Shown here: positions 16,511 through 26,192 of the stretch, piece by piece
Numbering within the stretch: position 1 is the first letter of the stretch
How the letters are laid out: each line of letters starts with the position of its first letter
Source of the DNA: a virus
Taxonomy: Duplodnaviria > Caudoviricetes
Length of the DNA: 64,000 nucleotides
Strand: one strand, 5' to 3'
Virus record (IMG/VR): IMGVR_UViG_2596583600_000002
Location: 1-64,000 of that record
Notes under the pieces: model-generated
Database searches by the model: none
What the model was told of the DNA's origin: nothing
Seen by the model: the letters and a program-made list of their open reading frames with translations, nothing else
Made by a program: the position numbers and the translations under genes

Positions 16511-18324
16511 GCGAACCCCCGGCGGCGCTGGGCCGGGGCGGGCGACGGTGCGCCGAAATCGGCGGCAATCATTTTCTCCGCCCGATATTCGGACGTGGTG
16601 GCATAGAGGCGCGCCCGACGAAGGGCTTCCGGATCGACCGTTTCGCCGCGCTCGGCCGCGAAGATGAGCGCGTCGGCTTCCGCCATCTTCTCGGCGGGCG
16701 TTCTCGTGGCGCGGGAAGGTGCCGTGGCCGTCCGGGCCAGCGCCTCTTCCAGCCGCGCCTGATCCGGCACCGAAGGCGATGGCGCGGTGGCGATGCTGTC
16801 CATGGCGGGCGTGGATGCGGGGCGCGATGGCATCGGCAGATGAGCCAGCTTGCCCGCCCGCTCCGCCTCGTCCCGCAGCACGGTGTCCATGGCCTTCTCG
16901 ACGGAGAAGGATGCCTTTTTCTTGCGAAGCTCGACGCGCTGGGCGTTGATGAGGTTGGCCATTTCGCGGCGGGCGGCGAGTGCCATTTCCCGCTGGGAGA
17001 AGCCCGCGCGCTCGACGTTCACGGCGGTGTCGATATATTCGCCCGCTTCGTCAAAGACGTAGAGCGCGCCAAGGTCGCCCTCGTCCCAGCGCAGCATGAC
17101 CTGTTTGCCCATGAACGGAACCAGCGTGTCGGCCCAATAGCGGCCATTCTTCCACCGAACGCCGCGCTTGGTCACCATGGACGGGCCGATCACCGCGCTG
17201 AAGGCGATCTTGAGGATGCTTTCAGGCGGGGCGGAGCGCGCCGGTTCGGGGGAGCGCTGCCATTTTTCCATCGGCGGCATGCCGATCATGCTGTGCCTGC
17301 GCTGGTGATAGGTGCCGTCTACCCACGCATCCAGAATGCGTTGCAGCTCGGCGCTGTCGATCCCGGCCTCTATGACGGCCCGGCCCTTCTCCTTCTTCGC
17401 ACGGGCGCGAAGTTGCTGCGCCTGCGCGACGTTATGACCAAGGAAGCCCTTGAGCATGGAGGCGCGCTCGCGGTTGAACGTGCCGAACACCCGCTCGATA
17501 TGCGGCTTGTCCTCCGGGTGGCCGGGGAGGCAGGGGTCCAGTTTGATGCCGACCGCGTCCAGCGACGCGATGATGGACGCGTTGATGAAGCCGGAGCCGT
17601 GATCGACCTTGAGGATCGCAGGCATCGCCCCCCATGCCAGCATGGTTGTCACCAGCATCTGGCGCACGGACTGGGCGCTTTCGCTTTCCACCACCATGAA
17701 CCGGGCGCGGCGCGACCAGCGGTCGATGATGCCGAGGATGGCCTTGCGGCCGTCGGTGCACATCACGTCCGCCTTGGTCGTGTCGATCTCCCACATTTCG
17801 TGGGCGTAGGAGACGGTCGCATCCATGCGGCCGAGCGCCGGGCGATACATGGACTTGAATTTGTCCGGATCGCGTTCTGCCGTGAGCAGGACTTTATGTT
17901 CTTTCTCGACGCGACGCATGTAGCGCTTCAGCGTTGGGAGGGACGGAAGATTTGCGAACTCGGCTTGCAAAAGTTCCATGACGCGCGTGGATGCATGCTT
18001 GTGGTCGGCGAGGATGACCAGGACGGCGTCCGCGACGTCGGGGTGACGGTCGAACCAGTCGCCCTTGGGGCGGCCGACGGAACGGGTGACGGAAAGGTTG
18101 GCGGGCGCAGTCCCGTCGCGGAGTCCATCCTGAGCGGATTTGGGCAGGTGCAATATGCTGAAGAAGCGAGCCTCGCCCCCACGCACCACCCGTGTCTCAT
18201 ATGCCCAGCCTTCAAGGTCGGCGCGGATCAGGACGCCCCTTTTCGTGGTCGGAAGACCGGGCAGGCGGAGGTCGGCGATTTCCTGCGCGCTCAGATATGC
18301 GGCTGGCCCCCCGATGACCGTCAT
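16507..18324 (-). CDS. MuA-like DDE transposase
   Basis: N-terminal Mu DNA-binding domain; WEIDTT, VDHGSGF, KPHIERVFGT. Confidence 0.95.
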   Translation of the reverse strand: MTVIGGPAAYLSAQEIADLRLPGLPTTKRGVLIRADLEGWAYETRVVRGGEARFFSILHLPKSAQDGLRDGTAPANLSVTRSVGRPKGDWFDRHPDVADAVLVILADHKHASTRVMELLQAEFANLPSLPTLKRYMRRVEKEHKVLLTAERDPDKFKSMYRPALGRMDATVSYAHEMWEIDTTKADVMCTDGRKAILGIIDRWSRRARFMVVESESAQSVRQMLVTTMLAWGAMPAILKVDHGSGFINASIIASLDAVGIKLDPCLPGHPEDKPHIERVFGTFNRERASMLKGFLGHNVAQAQQLRARAKKEKGRAVIEAGIDSAELQRILDAWVDGTYHQRRHSMIGMPPMEKWQRSPEPARSAPPESILKIAFSAVIGPSMVTKRGVRWKNGRYWADTLVPFMGKQVMLRWDEGDLGALYVFDEAGEYIDTAVNVERAGFSQREMALAARREMANLINAQRVELRKKKASFSVEKAMDTVLRDEAERAGKLAHLPMPSRPASTPAMDSIATAPSPSVPDQARLEEALARTATAPSRATRTPAEKMAEADALIFAAERGETVDPEALRRARLYATTSEYRAEKMIAADFGAPSPAPAQRRRGFA

Positions 18325-18463
18325 GAACCGCCTCCGGGATTGATGTCGGATTGATGTTGAACGGAAGGCGCTGAAAACCGTGCCATTTTGGTCCGGCGTT
18401 CATTTTTTCGGGGGCGAACGTAGAGCAAACAAGACTCGGCCCGGCGCGTATGATAGGCAGCGA

Positions 18464-18703
18464 TCATGCCGCGTCGCTCCGGCTTGTCATTGACAGGCGT
18501 GTGCCTGTCTTTCCGTAACGCGAGGGCCAGATGGTTTTGGGATGTGTGCCGAGGAAGTCCGCAATGATCTTCTCAGCTTTGGCTGACACGCGCGCGTGGA
18601 GAGCGAGCGACATTTGCTGGCGCGACATGCCGTTGCAGCGGCCCAGCGCTGCTAGGGTGGACCCAGCCTTGCGAACCGCTGCCTTTATGTCCTCGGGGTG
18701 CAT
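18464..18703 (-). CDS. ner: Ner-like regulator
   Basis: HPEDIKAAVRKAG.TL...EKIIADFLG..P..IWPSRY. Confidence 0.92.
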   Translation of the reverse strand: MHPEDIKAAVRKAGSTLAALGRCNGMSRQQMSLALHARVSAKAEKIIADFLGTHPKTIWPSRYGKTGTRLSMTSRSDAA

Positions 18704-18739
18704 GTCGCTTGATTGCACGTCACTTCTCTCTCTGGCTGT

Positions 18740-18780
18740 CTGTTGACATGCATAATGACAGGTAAAATGACAGGTCAAGA
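18740..18780. promoter_or_regulatory. ner/repressor switch region with AATGACAGGT direct repeats
   Basis: Two tandem copies lying between TTGACC and a TATGCA-like -10 on the minus strand. Confidence 0.55.
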
Positions 18781-19456
18781 GAAAAATGATAGGTCTCGTG
18801 TTGTCGGCTGGTCTCCCGACGCCGCTTTGCGCCTTAAGCAGGCGGTCAAATCCTTTGGAAGTCAGGCGTCTGTCGCGGAAATGGCCGGGCTTTCGCGGCC
18901 TTCACTGGTAGAGATTTTGGCGGCGCGCTCCGTACCCACCAACCAGACGCTGGAAAGCCTCTGCCGAGTGCTGGGCGTCAAGGAAGACGATATTGTGCAG
19001 GGAGCGGCCCTAAGGACAGAGCATGGCAACATGGCTTTCGTTCCGCTTCATGACGTGCTGGTGTCGGCCGGTTATGGCGCAAGCGCCGTCGAAGCTGGCG
19101 AGTCGCCGGAGCATCTCGGTTTCCCAAGCGGATGGCTCCGTCGACAATTTGGCGATCCCCAAAATCTTCGCGTGGTTCAGGTTAAGGGCGACAGCATGTT
19201 TCCCACGCTGGGGGATGGCGATCTGGTGATGATCGACCTGTCCCGACGCGAACCTGTCGACGGGATTTTCGTTTTGCGGCTCGATGAGCAGTTGATGGTC
19301 AAGCGGGTGCTTTTCCCGACTGCTCGACGCATCCTGGTGACGAGTGACAACCGGGATTATGAACGGTGGGACCGCATGATCGATCTCGAAAACGGTGCGA
19401 CGAGGGATGGATTTAAATTGATCGGCCGCGTGGTGTGGGCAGGCAAGGCGATCTAA
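18755..19456 (+). CDS. Prophage CI-type repressor (HTH + S24 peptidase)
   Basis: HTH, VSAGYG, GDSM, MVKR; divergent from ner; start uncertain. Confidence 0.92.
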   Translation: MTGKMTGQEKNDRSRVVGWSPDAALRLKQAVKSFGSQASVAEMAGLSRPSLVEILAARSVPTNQTLESLCRVLGVKEDDIVQGAALRTEHGNMAFVPLHDVLVSAGYGASAVEAGESPEHLGFPSGWLRRQFGDPQNLRVVQVKGDSMFPTLGDGDLVMIDLSRREPVDGIFVLRLDEQLMVKRVLFPTARRILVTSDNRDYERWDRMIDLENGATRDGFKLIGRVVWAGKAI

Positions 19457-19471
19457 CGACGAGGGGGGTAA

Positions 19472-19966
19472 ATGACCAAGGCACGACCAGATGGTTCTGG
19501 GCAGATTACCGGAGCATGGGTGCTATTGCTGCTAGGCATGCTCGTTTCTGTGGTCGGTATATTCAGAGATGTAAGCACTTATCCTAGCATTGATTTAGCG
19601 GATTTGGCGGCCAAATGGATGATGATCTATGTTGGCGGCGCAATGATCACCATATCTTTCTTCCTGTTTTTGGCGGGGTGGATCATCCGTGCGATTTGGT
19701 TTCTTCCCGGTCGCGATGATGCTGTTTTGGTGAGCAATGGCCTCCAGCCGCTGGGGGAGGATGGCGAGCAACCCACGATCCTTTCGGAAGAGCCGGGGCG
19801 GCCGATGAATTTCCGCACTGCTTTTCTGATCATTGGGGGGATGCTCCTGCTGCTTGGCGTTGTCGTTTCCTATGGTGAATACAAACGACAGGCTGTCTCA
19901 ACGGAATATGAGGCCGTTGGCGCGAACACCAGCAATGCAATTATCGAGAACATCATCGGAAACTGA
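19472..19966 (+). CDS. Membrane protein (three TM segments), lysogeny moron
   Basis: Hydrophobic segments; lower GC; directly after the repressor. Confidence 0.7.
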   Translation: MTKARPDGSGQITGAWVLLLLGMLVSVVGIFRDVSTYPSIDLADLAAKWMMIYVGGAMITISFFLFLAGWIIRAIWFLPGRDDAVLVSNGLQPLGEDGEQPTILSEEPGRPMNFRTAFLIIGGMLLLLGVVVSYGEYKRQAVSTEYEAVGANTSNAIIENIIGN

Positions 19967-19978
19967 ATCCTGTCATAT

Positions 19979-19993
19979 GTTCCTCTTTTGTTC
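19979..19993. promoter_or_regulatory. LexA (SOS) box
   Basis: GTTC-ctctttt-GTTC. Confidence 0.8.
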
Positions 19994-20034
19994 TATATGT
20001 TCTCCATCGACCGAGTCGCGGATGGAGGCATCTG

Positions 20035-20367
20035 GTGCGTTGGCAATTTCGCATGTTCAATCAGCCTGCGGGGCCGCGGCGGAACAGCCAGTCGGCTGCG
20101 TGGGCTGATGCCTCAAGGGCCGGGCATGTGCAGATCGACCAGTGGGACCGTCATTTTCTGACGGTGCCCGCCAATGTCATCTGCGATCCTTTCGGGCGAT
20201 TGGATCAGGAGAAAGATGATGAAACATTTCAAGCCCGATGCAACTACAGCCAGGCCCAATTTCGCGAGGTGGTTGCTGGCGCAGCAGAAGAGAGACGACC
20301 AGATCGGCGAACTGGCGAAGGCCGCGCGCCGCGATCCAAGATTTCCGATCGAAGGGTGCGTCGCTGA
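20035..20367 (+). CDS. Hypothetical protein downstream of the SOS box
   Basis: GGAGG RBS before GTG; 3' half overlaps the next gene. Confidence 0.5.
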   Translation: MRWQFRMFNQPAGPRRNSQSAAWADASRAGHVQIDQWDRHFLTVPANVICDPFGRLDQEKDDETFQARCNYSQAQFREVVAGAAEERRPDRRTGEGRAPRSKISDRRVRR

Positions 20368-20455
20368 CGTCGGCACCAGGCTGAACAAGCTGGAGGCGGA
20401 CCCCGACATGCATTGCGCCCTTGAGGACGCGGAGCTGGAATGGTTGTCCTATTGA
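20216..20455 (+). CDS. YozE/SAM-like protein
   Basis: FARWLLAQ..RDD.IGELA.....DPRFP; AGGAG RBS. Confidence 0.75.
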   Translation: MMKHFKPDATTARPNFARWLLAQQKRDDQIGELAKAARRDPRFPIEGCVADVGTRLNKLEADPDMHCALEDAELEWLSY

Positions 20456-20874
20456 TGCGCCGGATGCCGCGACAGGAATTGCTGGAACGGTTTGTCAGCG
20501 CCTTGCGGGAGGAGCCAGAGTTCAGAACAAGGCATTCGCGCGAGTTGCTGGCGGTCGGCCAGCGCGCCAATCAGGTCGCCTCCCGGCTTGCGGCTCTGAT
20601 TGATAACGGCAGCTTCATGGTGATCTGTGCTGACCCCATAAATGCTCATGGAGCGCCGGGGCGATGGGGAGCCGACGAGCCTGATCCGGCTGGTCCGCCG
20701 CGTTCGGCCCATAATATGTTGGCGGCCCCACCGCCGCGTCGAGAAATGTGAGGCGATTTTAAGGCCGTATGGCGCACGATTGGCCCGTGGGCGGGGTTGA
20801 TGCCTCAAACGGCGTCAACCCCCATGGGCATCGTGCCCACGGGCAATTAGGGGCTATTCCCTTCCGCCTCTTCC

Positions 20875-21060
20875 GTGCCAACATGCGCGAGAGGCGAAAG
20901 AGGCTTGGCGATGCTCAATGAATGGTCGGATCGGCAACCGGATGCACCAGCCTCGCCCTGGGCGCGGATGGCGGATGGTTCCATCATCGCGATCGTCTCT
21001 ATCGGCACCTTGATTTTCCTGCTGGCCGGACTGAGCGGCCTTGTCGGCCTGATTTGGTGA
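20875..21060 (+). CDS. Small membrane protein
   Basis: C-terminal TM segment. Confidence 0.4.
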   Translation: MPTCARGERGLAMLNEWSDRQPDAPASPWARMADGSIIAIVSIGTLIFLLAGLSGLVGLIW

Positions 21061-21125
21061 AGTGGCCTTGCAATATCGTTCCTGTGCTGCGATCTGGCGA
21101 ATAGGCCGCAGCCAATAGCCATGCG

Positions 21126-21145
21126 TGTCCCTGCAGGGACATCAA
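21126..21145 (+). promoter_or_regulatory. Late-activator site for the head-tail operon
   Basis: TGTCCCTGCAGGGACATCAA; dyad ends 39 nt before ATG 21179. Confidence 0.7.
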
Positions 21146-21178
21146 TCGCGTTCCGGCCGCCCCGCTATCCGGTGGGGC

Positions 21179-22153
21179 ATGGATCAGACACCCCCTTCCA
21201 TCCGCATAGCGCGAACGGGCACCTTCAAATCGAATGAGGGTGTCGATGTGCATTTTGGCCCGTCGAAACTGGCTGAGATCGCCGCCGCCTATGATCCGGC
21301 ATCCGATCCGGCCCCGCTCGTCATCGGCCATCCGCAACTGGATCATCCGGCCTATGGCTGGGTGGAGAGCCTGACGGTCGAGGATGGCGAACTGATCGCC
21401 ACGCCGTCGGACATCGAGCCGAGCTTTGCCGAAGCCGTCCGCAAGCGCCGATACGCCAAGGTTTCGCCCCGTTTTTATACGCCGGGCCATCCCGGCAACC
21501 CCAAGCCCGGCACTTGGTATCTCAAGCATATCGGGTTCCTGGGCGCACATGCGCCCGGCATTAAGGGACTGGGCACCGTCGCCTTCTCCGAAGGCGATGA
21601 TCAGGGCGTCGCCACTTTTGAATTTTCCAACAGCAAGGATGCATCCATGAACAAAGACGCCCTTGAGGCGAGCTTTGCCGAGCGCGAAACCGCGCTTGGC
21701 GAGCGCGAGCGGACGCTCAATGAGCGCGAGCAGAACATCGGACAGCGGGAGGAGGCACAGCGCGTCGCAGCCACCAAGGCGCTGCATGAAGGCAATGTCA
21801 GCTTTGCCGAGGGCATGGTTGCCGACCTGAAGCTGGCTCCGGCCGGAAGGGGATTGCTGGTCGGCGTCCTTGACCATCTGGATACGACTGGCGTCGTCAG
21901 TTTCGGCGAGGCAGGCGATATGACGCCTGCGGGTGCGCTCAAGAAGCTGCTGTCTTCGGCGGCCCCACTTCTCGATCTTGGCGAGCGCGGCAAAAAGCCT
22001 GCCGAGCAGCAGCCCTATGTCAGCTTCGCCGCGCCCGATGGTTATGAGGTCGACCCCGACAAGGCCGATCTTCATGCCCGCGCCACCCGCATCCAGCAGG
22101 AGCATCCTGAATTGAGCTGGATGCAGGCCGTGGCCCGCGCCCAGGCGGGCTGA
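21179..22153 (+). CDS. Prohead protease/scaffold (Mu I/Z-like); probable internal scaffold start at 21647
   Basis: APLVIGHP..D.PAYGWV, Y.KVS..FY, YLKHIGFLGA..P.IKGL. Confidence 0.9.
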   Translation: MDQTPPSIRIARTGTFKSNEGVDVHFGPSKLAEIAAAYDPASDPAPLVIGHPQLDHPAYGWVESLTVEDGELIATPSDIEPSFAEAVRKRRYAKVSPRFYTPGHPGNPKPGTWYLKHIGFLGAHAPGIKGLGTVAFSEGDDQGVATFEFSNSKDASMNKDALEASFAERETALGERERTLNEREQNIGQREEAQRVAATKALHEGNVSFAEGMVADLKLAPAGRGLLVGVLDHLDTTGVVSFGEAGDMTPAGALKKLLSSAAPLLDLGERGKKPAEQQPYVSFAAPDGYEVDPDKADLHARATRIQQEHPELSWMQAVARAQAG

Positions 22154-22189
22154 TCTTCGCTCCTACGCACTCTTTCCACTAGGTGAAAT

Positions 22190-22525
22190 ATGCAGAAAAC
22201 CGTCATTTTTTCCATGTCGCAGATCGCCACGGCGGCCGTCGCGACGGCGCGCTTCGTGGGCATGCTGACCGGCGCGCATTGTGCGGCCGCTGCCAAGGCG
22301 CTTGGCGTTTCCCAATATGCGGCCGCGAGCGGCGAGGCGTTCGCCGTCGACGTGCTGGGTACGACGATCGTCGAAGCCGGTGGCGCGATCGCCGCCAAGG
22401 GGCCGGTCAAATCCGATGCTAACGGCAAGGCCATCGCTCAGGCCGGTGCTGGTGAAATCCTTGGGTATGCGGTCACGGCCGCGACGGCCGACGGGCAGAA
22501 GATCGAAATTCTCCTCACTCTATAA
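22190..22525 (+). CDS. DUF2190 capsid cement/decoration protein
   Basis: Ala/Gly-rich; V.V.G...VEAGGAI..G..V.SDA.GKAI. Confidence 0.8.
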   Translation: MQKTVIFSMSQIATAAVATARFVGMLTGAHCAAAAKALGVSQYAAASGEAFAVDVLGTTIVEAGGAIAAKGPVKSDANGKAIAQAGAGEILGYAVTAATADGQKIEILLTL

Positions 22526-22630
22526 CGAGCGGGCGGCGATGACGGCCGCCCGAGCACTGCCCATGGGAGGCGGCCTGACGTCCAGGCGGCGCAACGGCCT
22601 CCCAACCGCTTCAACGAAAGGTTTATTTCC

Positions 22631-23560
22631 ATGTCCATGAACAGTGCCCAGGCGCGCGTCCTCGATCCGATTCTTACTCAGCACGCGCGCGGCTATACCA
22701 ACGCCGAATTTGTCGGCCATGCGCTCTTTCCTGTGGTCACCATGCCTACCCGCGCCGCCAAGCGGATCGAGTTTGACCGCTCGTCCTTCCGTCGCCGCCG
22801 CACCCGCCGCGCGCCCGGCGCGCCCATCGCCGCGCTGGAATTCGGCTATGAAGGGAAGCCGGTTGCCCTGCATCAAGAAGCCCTTTCGGCCGTCACGCCG
22901 ATCGAGCATCAGCAGGAAGCGGGGGCTGTGCCTGGCATCGACCTTCAGCAGGTCGGCGTCGATACCGTGCTGGCCGTCATCGCGATGGAAAAGGAAATCC
23001 AGCAGGCGGAAGTCGCGCGCAATGCTGCCAGCTATGCTGCGACGAACAAGGATGCGCTCGCTGGCGCGGAAAAATGGTCCGATCCCGACAGTGATCCCAA
23101 AGCGCAGGTCTATGATGCGAAGGAAGTGATCCGCAAGCGCATTGGTCGCCGTCCCAATACGTTGGTGCTTGGCGGTGGCCTCACCAGCGCGCTGGGCAAG
23201 CACCCGCTCATCACCGCGCATTTCCGGCCGACCAATGCCGCCGCGATCTCGCTGGCGATGCTGGCCTCCTATTTCGACGTGGAGAGCGTCGTGTCAGGCG
23301 ATGCGATCTACGACCAGGCCGATGGAACCACGGTCGATGTCTGGGGCGGTGATGCGATCCTGGCATGGGTGGCTCCGGCCGGTCAGCGCCAGATGCCGCT
23401 TCCCAGCTATGGCTACACCTATCAGCTTCAGGGCCATCCCCTGGTCGAGCAGGCGCGCTTCGACGCCGATATCCGTAGCTGGAAGAACGACTGCCTCGAC
23501 GAATTCTCGGCCGAGCTCGTCGGCGCCGACGCGGGCTTCCTGTTTCAGGACGCTCTCTGA
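22631..23560 (+). CDS. Major capsid protein
   Basis: DPILT..ARGY.N..FVG..LFP, GRRPNTLVLG, PSYGYTY, AGFLF. Confidence 0.88.
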   Translation: MSMNSAQARVLDPILTQHARGYTNAEFVGHALFPVVTMPTRAAKRIEFDRSSFRRRRTRRAPGAPIAALEFGYEGKPVALHQEALSAVTPIEHQQEAGAVPGIDLQQVGVDTVLAVIAMEKEIQQAEVARNAASYAATNKDALAGAEKWSDPDSDPKAQVYDAKEVIRKRIGRRPNTLVLGGGLTSALGKHPLITAHFRPTNAAAISLAMLASYFDVESVVSGDAIYDQADGTTVDVWGGDAILAWVAPAGQRQMPLPSYGYTYQLQGHPLVEQARFDADIRSWKNDCLDEFSAELVGADAGFLFQDAL

Positions 23561-23625
23561 TCAGAGCGCCTTTTCGGGCGGGGGCGCTGCACTGCTCCCG
23601 CCCATTTCCTTTGCTGGAGTCCATC

Positions 23626-24204
23626 ATGCAAAATTATCTCACGAAATCGCAGGTCCGTGGTCTGCGGGAAAAGCCGATCAGGGCTGGTGAAGTATTCACG
23701 GCTGATCCGCGATTCGTGGTTCGTCTCGTGGAGATCGGGGCGCTCGAAGCCACCGATCTGTCCGCAACGGTCGATCTGGAAGAGGCGGATGACATTTTTC
23801 CCAGGGACCATTACGACCCTGGCACCGGCATCCCTTTGGTTGCTGTCAATGATCGCGATGCGCTCCTGACCGCGATCGCGGATTTGGGCGGTATCGTTTT
23901 CTTCCCCGGCTCTGGCTTGCCTGATCTTGCCGCGCAGGCGCTGGTCGATTTTTCCAATGATGATCTGTTCGTCGAATTGGATGTCCGCATCGGTGAGGGG
24001 CGTCTGACGCTGGACGATGTGCTTTTGCGTTTTGCGCGGCCTGCCGTTGACGATCAACAGGTTGCGCCGCCTGCTGGTGAGACAATCCAGTCGGGACAGG
24101 ATGGCGCAGAGGGGACGGATAGCGGCACCCCGGCCGTGTCTGATCCCGCCCCCTCCAAGGCCGCGCCTGCATCGACCCGCAAGGGCAAGACGGCGGGCAA
24201 GTAG
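23626..24204 (+). CDS. Hypothetical virion-associated protein
   Basis: GGAG RBS; position after the capsid gene. Confidence 0.6.
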   Translation: MQNYLTKSQVRGLREKPIRAGEVFTADPRFVVRLVEIGALEATDLSATVDLEEADDIFPRDHYDPGTGIPLVAVNDRDALLTAIADLGGIVFFPGSGLPDLAAQALVDFSNDDLFVELDVRIGEGRLTLDDVLLRFARPAVDDQQVAPPAGETIQSGQDGAEGTDSGTPAVSDPAPSKAAPASTRKGKTAGK

Positions 24205-24209
24205 GTTTC

Positions 24210-24935
24210 ATGCCGCTTGAAACGATCCTGAAACAGCCTTCCGAAACGCTGCGCCGGTCGGTCACCTTCAATGGGGTGTCGACGATCACGGCGCTGCATT
24301 CGGTCGAGGCGGAGGCCAGGGGGATGGTCTCCGGTGCCGCAGCGCTGGATGTCACGCCCACGCTGTTTGCCGGTGCACTGACGCTCGCCATATCCGGGGG
24401 GACGGATGGCGAGCGTTACCTTGTCACAGCCATTGCCGACGACGCGGAAGGCGCGCGGGCGGAAACGGAGCTGGAGATCGTCGTCATAGACGCGGCCTGG
24501 GCGATGCCGGACGGGGGCGCACCCTATCTCACCATTGCCGAATTCGTCGACCGCTTCGGCCTGCCGGAAGTCGTGGCGATGACCGATGGCGACGGACGCG
24601 GCCGAATCGATCGGGCGTTGTTGGTGGCTGCCCTGGTCAGCGGGCAGTCCGTCGCGGATGCGCATATTGCCGCGCGTTATGCCGTGCCGCTTCAGGATAT
24701 CCCGCTGATCGTCAAGAAGATCGTGGGCGATCTGGCGCGGGCCGAACTGTATCCGCGCGGTGCGCCGGATGGCGTTTCCGACCAGGCGAAGCAATCGCTG
24801 CGCATGCTGGAGCGCATCCAGTCCGGCGCGATGCCGATCCCGGCCGGAACGCCCCCGGCCGACGCGCTGAGCGACAATCCGGTCCTGATTTCTCCGGGCT
24901 ATCGCGCCTATCCCGACGGGCTGAAAGGCTACTGA
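24210..24935 (+). CDS. Head-tail adaptor (Mu gp36/DUF1320) with an extra N-terminal beta-rich domain
   Basis: C-terminal half Y.T......RFG..E...RYAVPL...DLAR..LY; N-terminal half KQP.E...ISGG..G.RY.V. Confidence 0.8.
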   Translation: MPLETILKQPSETLRRSVTFNGVSTITALHSVEAEARGMVSGAAALDVTPTLFAGALTLAISGGTDGERYLVTAIADDAEGARAETELEIVVIDAAWAMPDGGAPYLTIAEFVDRFGLPEVVAMTDGDGRGRIDRALLVAALVSGQSVADAHIAARYAVPLQDIPLIVKKIVGDLARAELYPRGAPDGVSDQAKQSLRMLERIQSGAMPIPAGTPPADALSDNPVLISPGYRAYPDGLKGY

Positions 24936-25465
24936 TGGGCGCGGGTTTCGATCTCTCCGTCCAGTTGGACGACGCGGCGCTGGACGCGGCGCTGTCGCAG
25001 GCCATCAAGGATGGTGCGGACCTGCGGCGGCCCATGGGCGAGATTGCCGAAGAATGGCTGGAACATGTCCGTGCCCGTTTTCAGGAAGAACGCGATCCCA
25101 TGGGTGTTCCGTGGATGAAACGCCGCCTCGATCCCAATGCGCCGATCAATGTGAAAGATGCCAGCCGCAAGCTCCTGCATCTGACGGGTGATCTGGAGCG
25201 GGTCATAGTGCCCGAATTCGGATCGGACTTCGCGCAGATCGGCGTCCAGAAGACGGCTGGCCCCGCTCGCTATGCCCGCATTCATAATGAGGGCGGGACG
25301 ATCCGGCCGCGCAAGGCCGGGGCGCTTTCCTTTGGCGGGCGGATTGTTTCGCAGGTGGTCATGCCGAAGCGCCAATATGTCGGTTTCGGCGATGCGGAGC
25401 GGCGTTCGGTCATGGAAATTCTGACCGACTTTGTCCGCGATCTGTTCGGGAAGCCTGCGGCATGA
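24935..25465 (+). CDS. Virion morphogenesis protein (Mu G-like)
   Basis: RF..ERDP.G.PW, L..TG.L, YARIHNEGG, MPKRQYVG. Confidence 0.88.
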   Translation: MGAGFDLSVQLDDAALDAALSQAIKDGADLRRPMGEIAEEWLEHVRARFQEERDPMGVPWMKRRLDPNAPINVKDASRKLLHLTGDLERVIVPEFGSDFAQIGVQKTAGPARYARIHNEGGTIRPRKAGALSFGGRIVSQVVMPKRQYVGFGDAERRSVMEILTDFVRDLFGKPAA

Positions 25466-25878
25466 TGGCGCAACAACCTATTGTCGACCGCTTGAAGCAG
25501 TCGGGCCTGAAGCCGGTGGAAGGCGCGCTGGAATTTGCAGGGCTGACGGAAGCGCCGCGCGTCACCCCCAGCTATTTCGTGGTGCCCGAGCGCGAGGCGG
25601 CGCAGCCCAACCGCATGAGCGGCGTGATCGACCAGAAGGTGACGGAGACCTTCTCCGTGGTGATGATCATCGGTTCCGCTCGGCGGGCAGAGACGGTTTC
25701 TGAGGGGTTGAAGCGCAGTGCCGATCAGGTTGTCGATGCATTGGTCGGGTGGCGTCATCCCGAAGCGTCGGGGCCATGCGAATTCAGCGGCGGCCGCTTG
25801 GTGTCCGTGGAGGGACAGCAGGTGATCTGGGCGCTGTCCTTTACGGCTTCTCGTCACATCAGGAAGGAAAGTCAATGA
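25462..25878 (+). CDS. Tail terminator-like protein
   Basis: P..FVVP..E, ALVGW; synteny. Confidence 0.7.
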   Translation: MMAQQPIVDRLKQSGLKPVEGALEFAGLTEAPRVTPSYFVVPEREAAQPNRMSGVIDQKVTETFSVVMIIGSARRAETVSEGLKRSADQVVDALVGWRHPEASGPCEFSGGRLVSVEGQQVIWALSFTASRHIRKESQ

Positions 25879-26192
25879 GCGGCCGGACAGCCAGCAGCAC
25901 ACAGGACAAGCCGACGAATCCGCGCCCGGTGGACGCGGCCGGTCGTCAGTTGGATCAATGGGGCCTGCCCTTCAGCGGCCCGGCCCGCGTTCGTCATTTG
26001 CGTAAACTGGGCAAGCCCGATCCGAACATCAATCCCGCCGCCTGGACGCCGGAGCCGTCGGATGAGGGCAGGCTGTCGATGGGCAAGGGCAAATCGAATG
26101 GTGCGCCGGAGGCCAGGTCCTCTGCTGGTGCCGGAGCGGCGCAGGCCGCCCCGGTCGCGCCGGGCGTCGTGACGGAGAAGAATAATGGTTGA
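25875..26192 (+). CDS. Hypothetical protein
   Basis: Coupled between the terminator and tube genes. Confidence 0.55.
   Translation: MSGRTASSTQDKPTNPRPVDAAGRQLDQWGLPFSGPARVRHLRKLGKPDPNINPAAWTPEPSDEGRLSMGKGKSNGAPEARSSAGAGAAQAAPVAPGVVTEKNNG

Noticed and set aside
16486-18354. 622-aa plus-strand ORF
   Set aside because: Antisense shadow of the transposase in GC-rich DNA; no recognisable motifs
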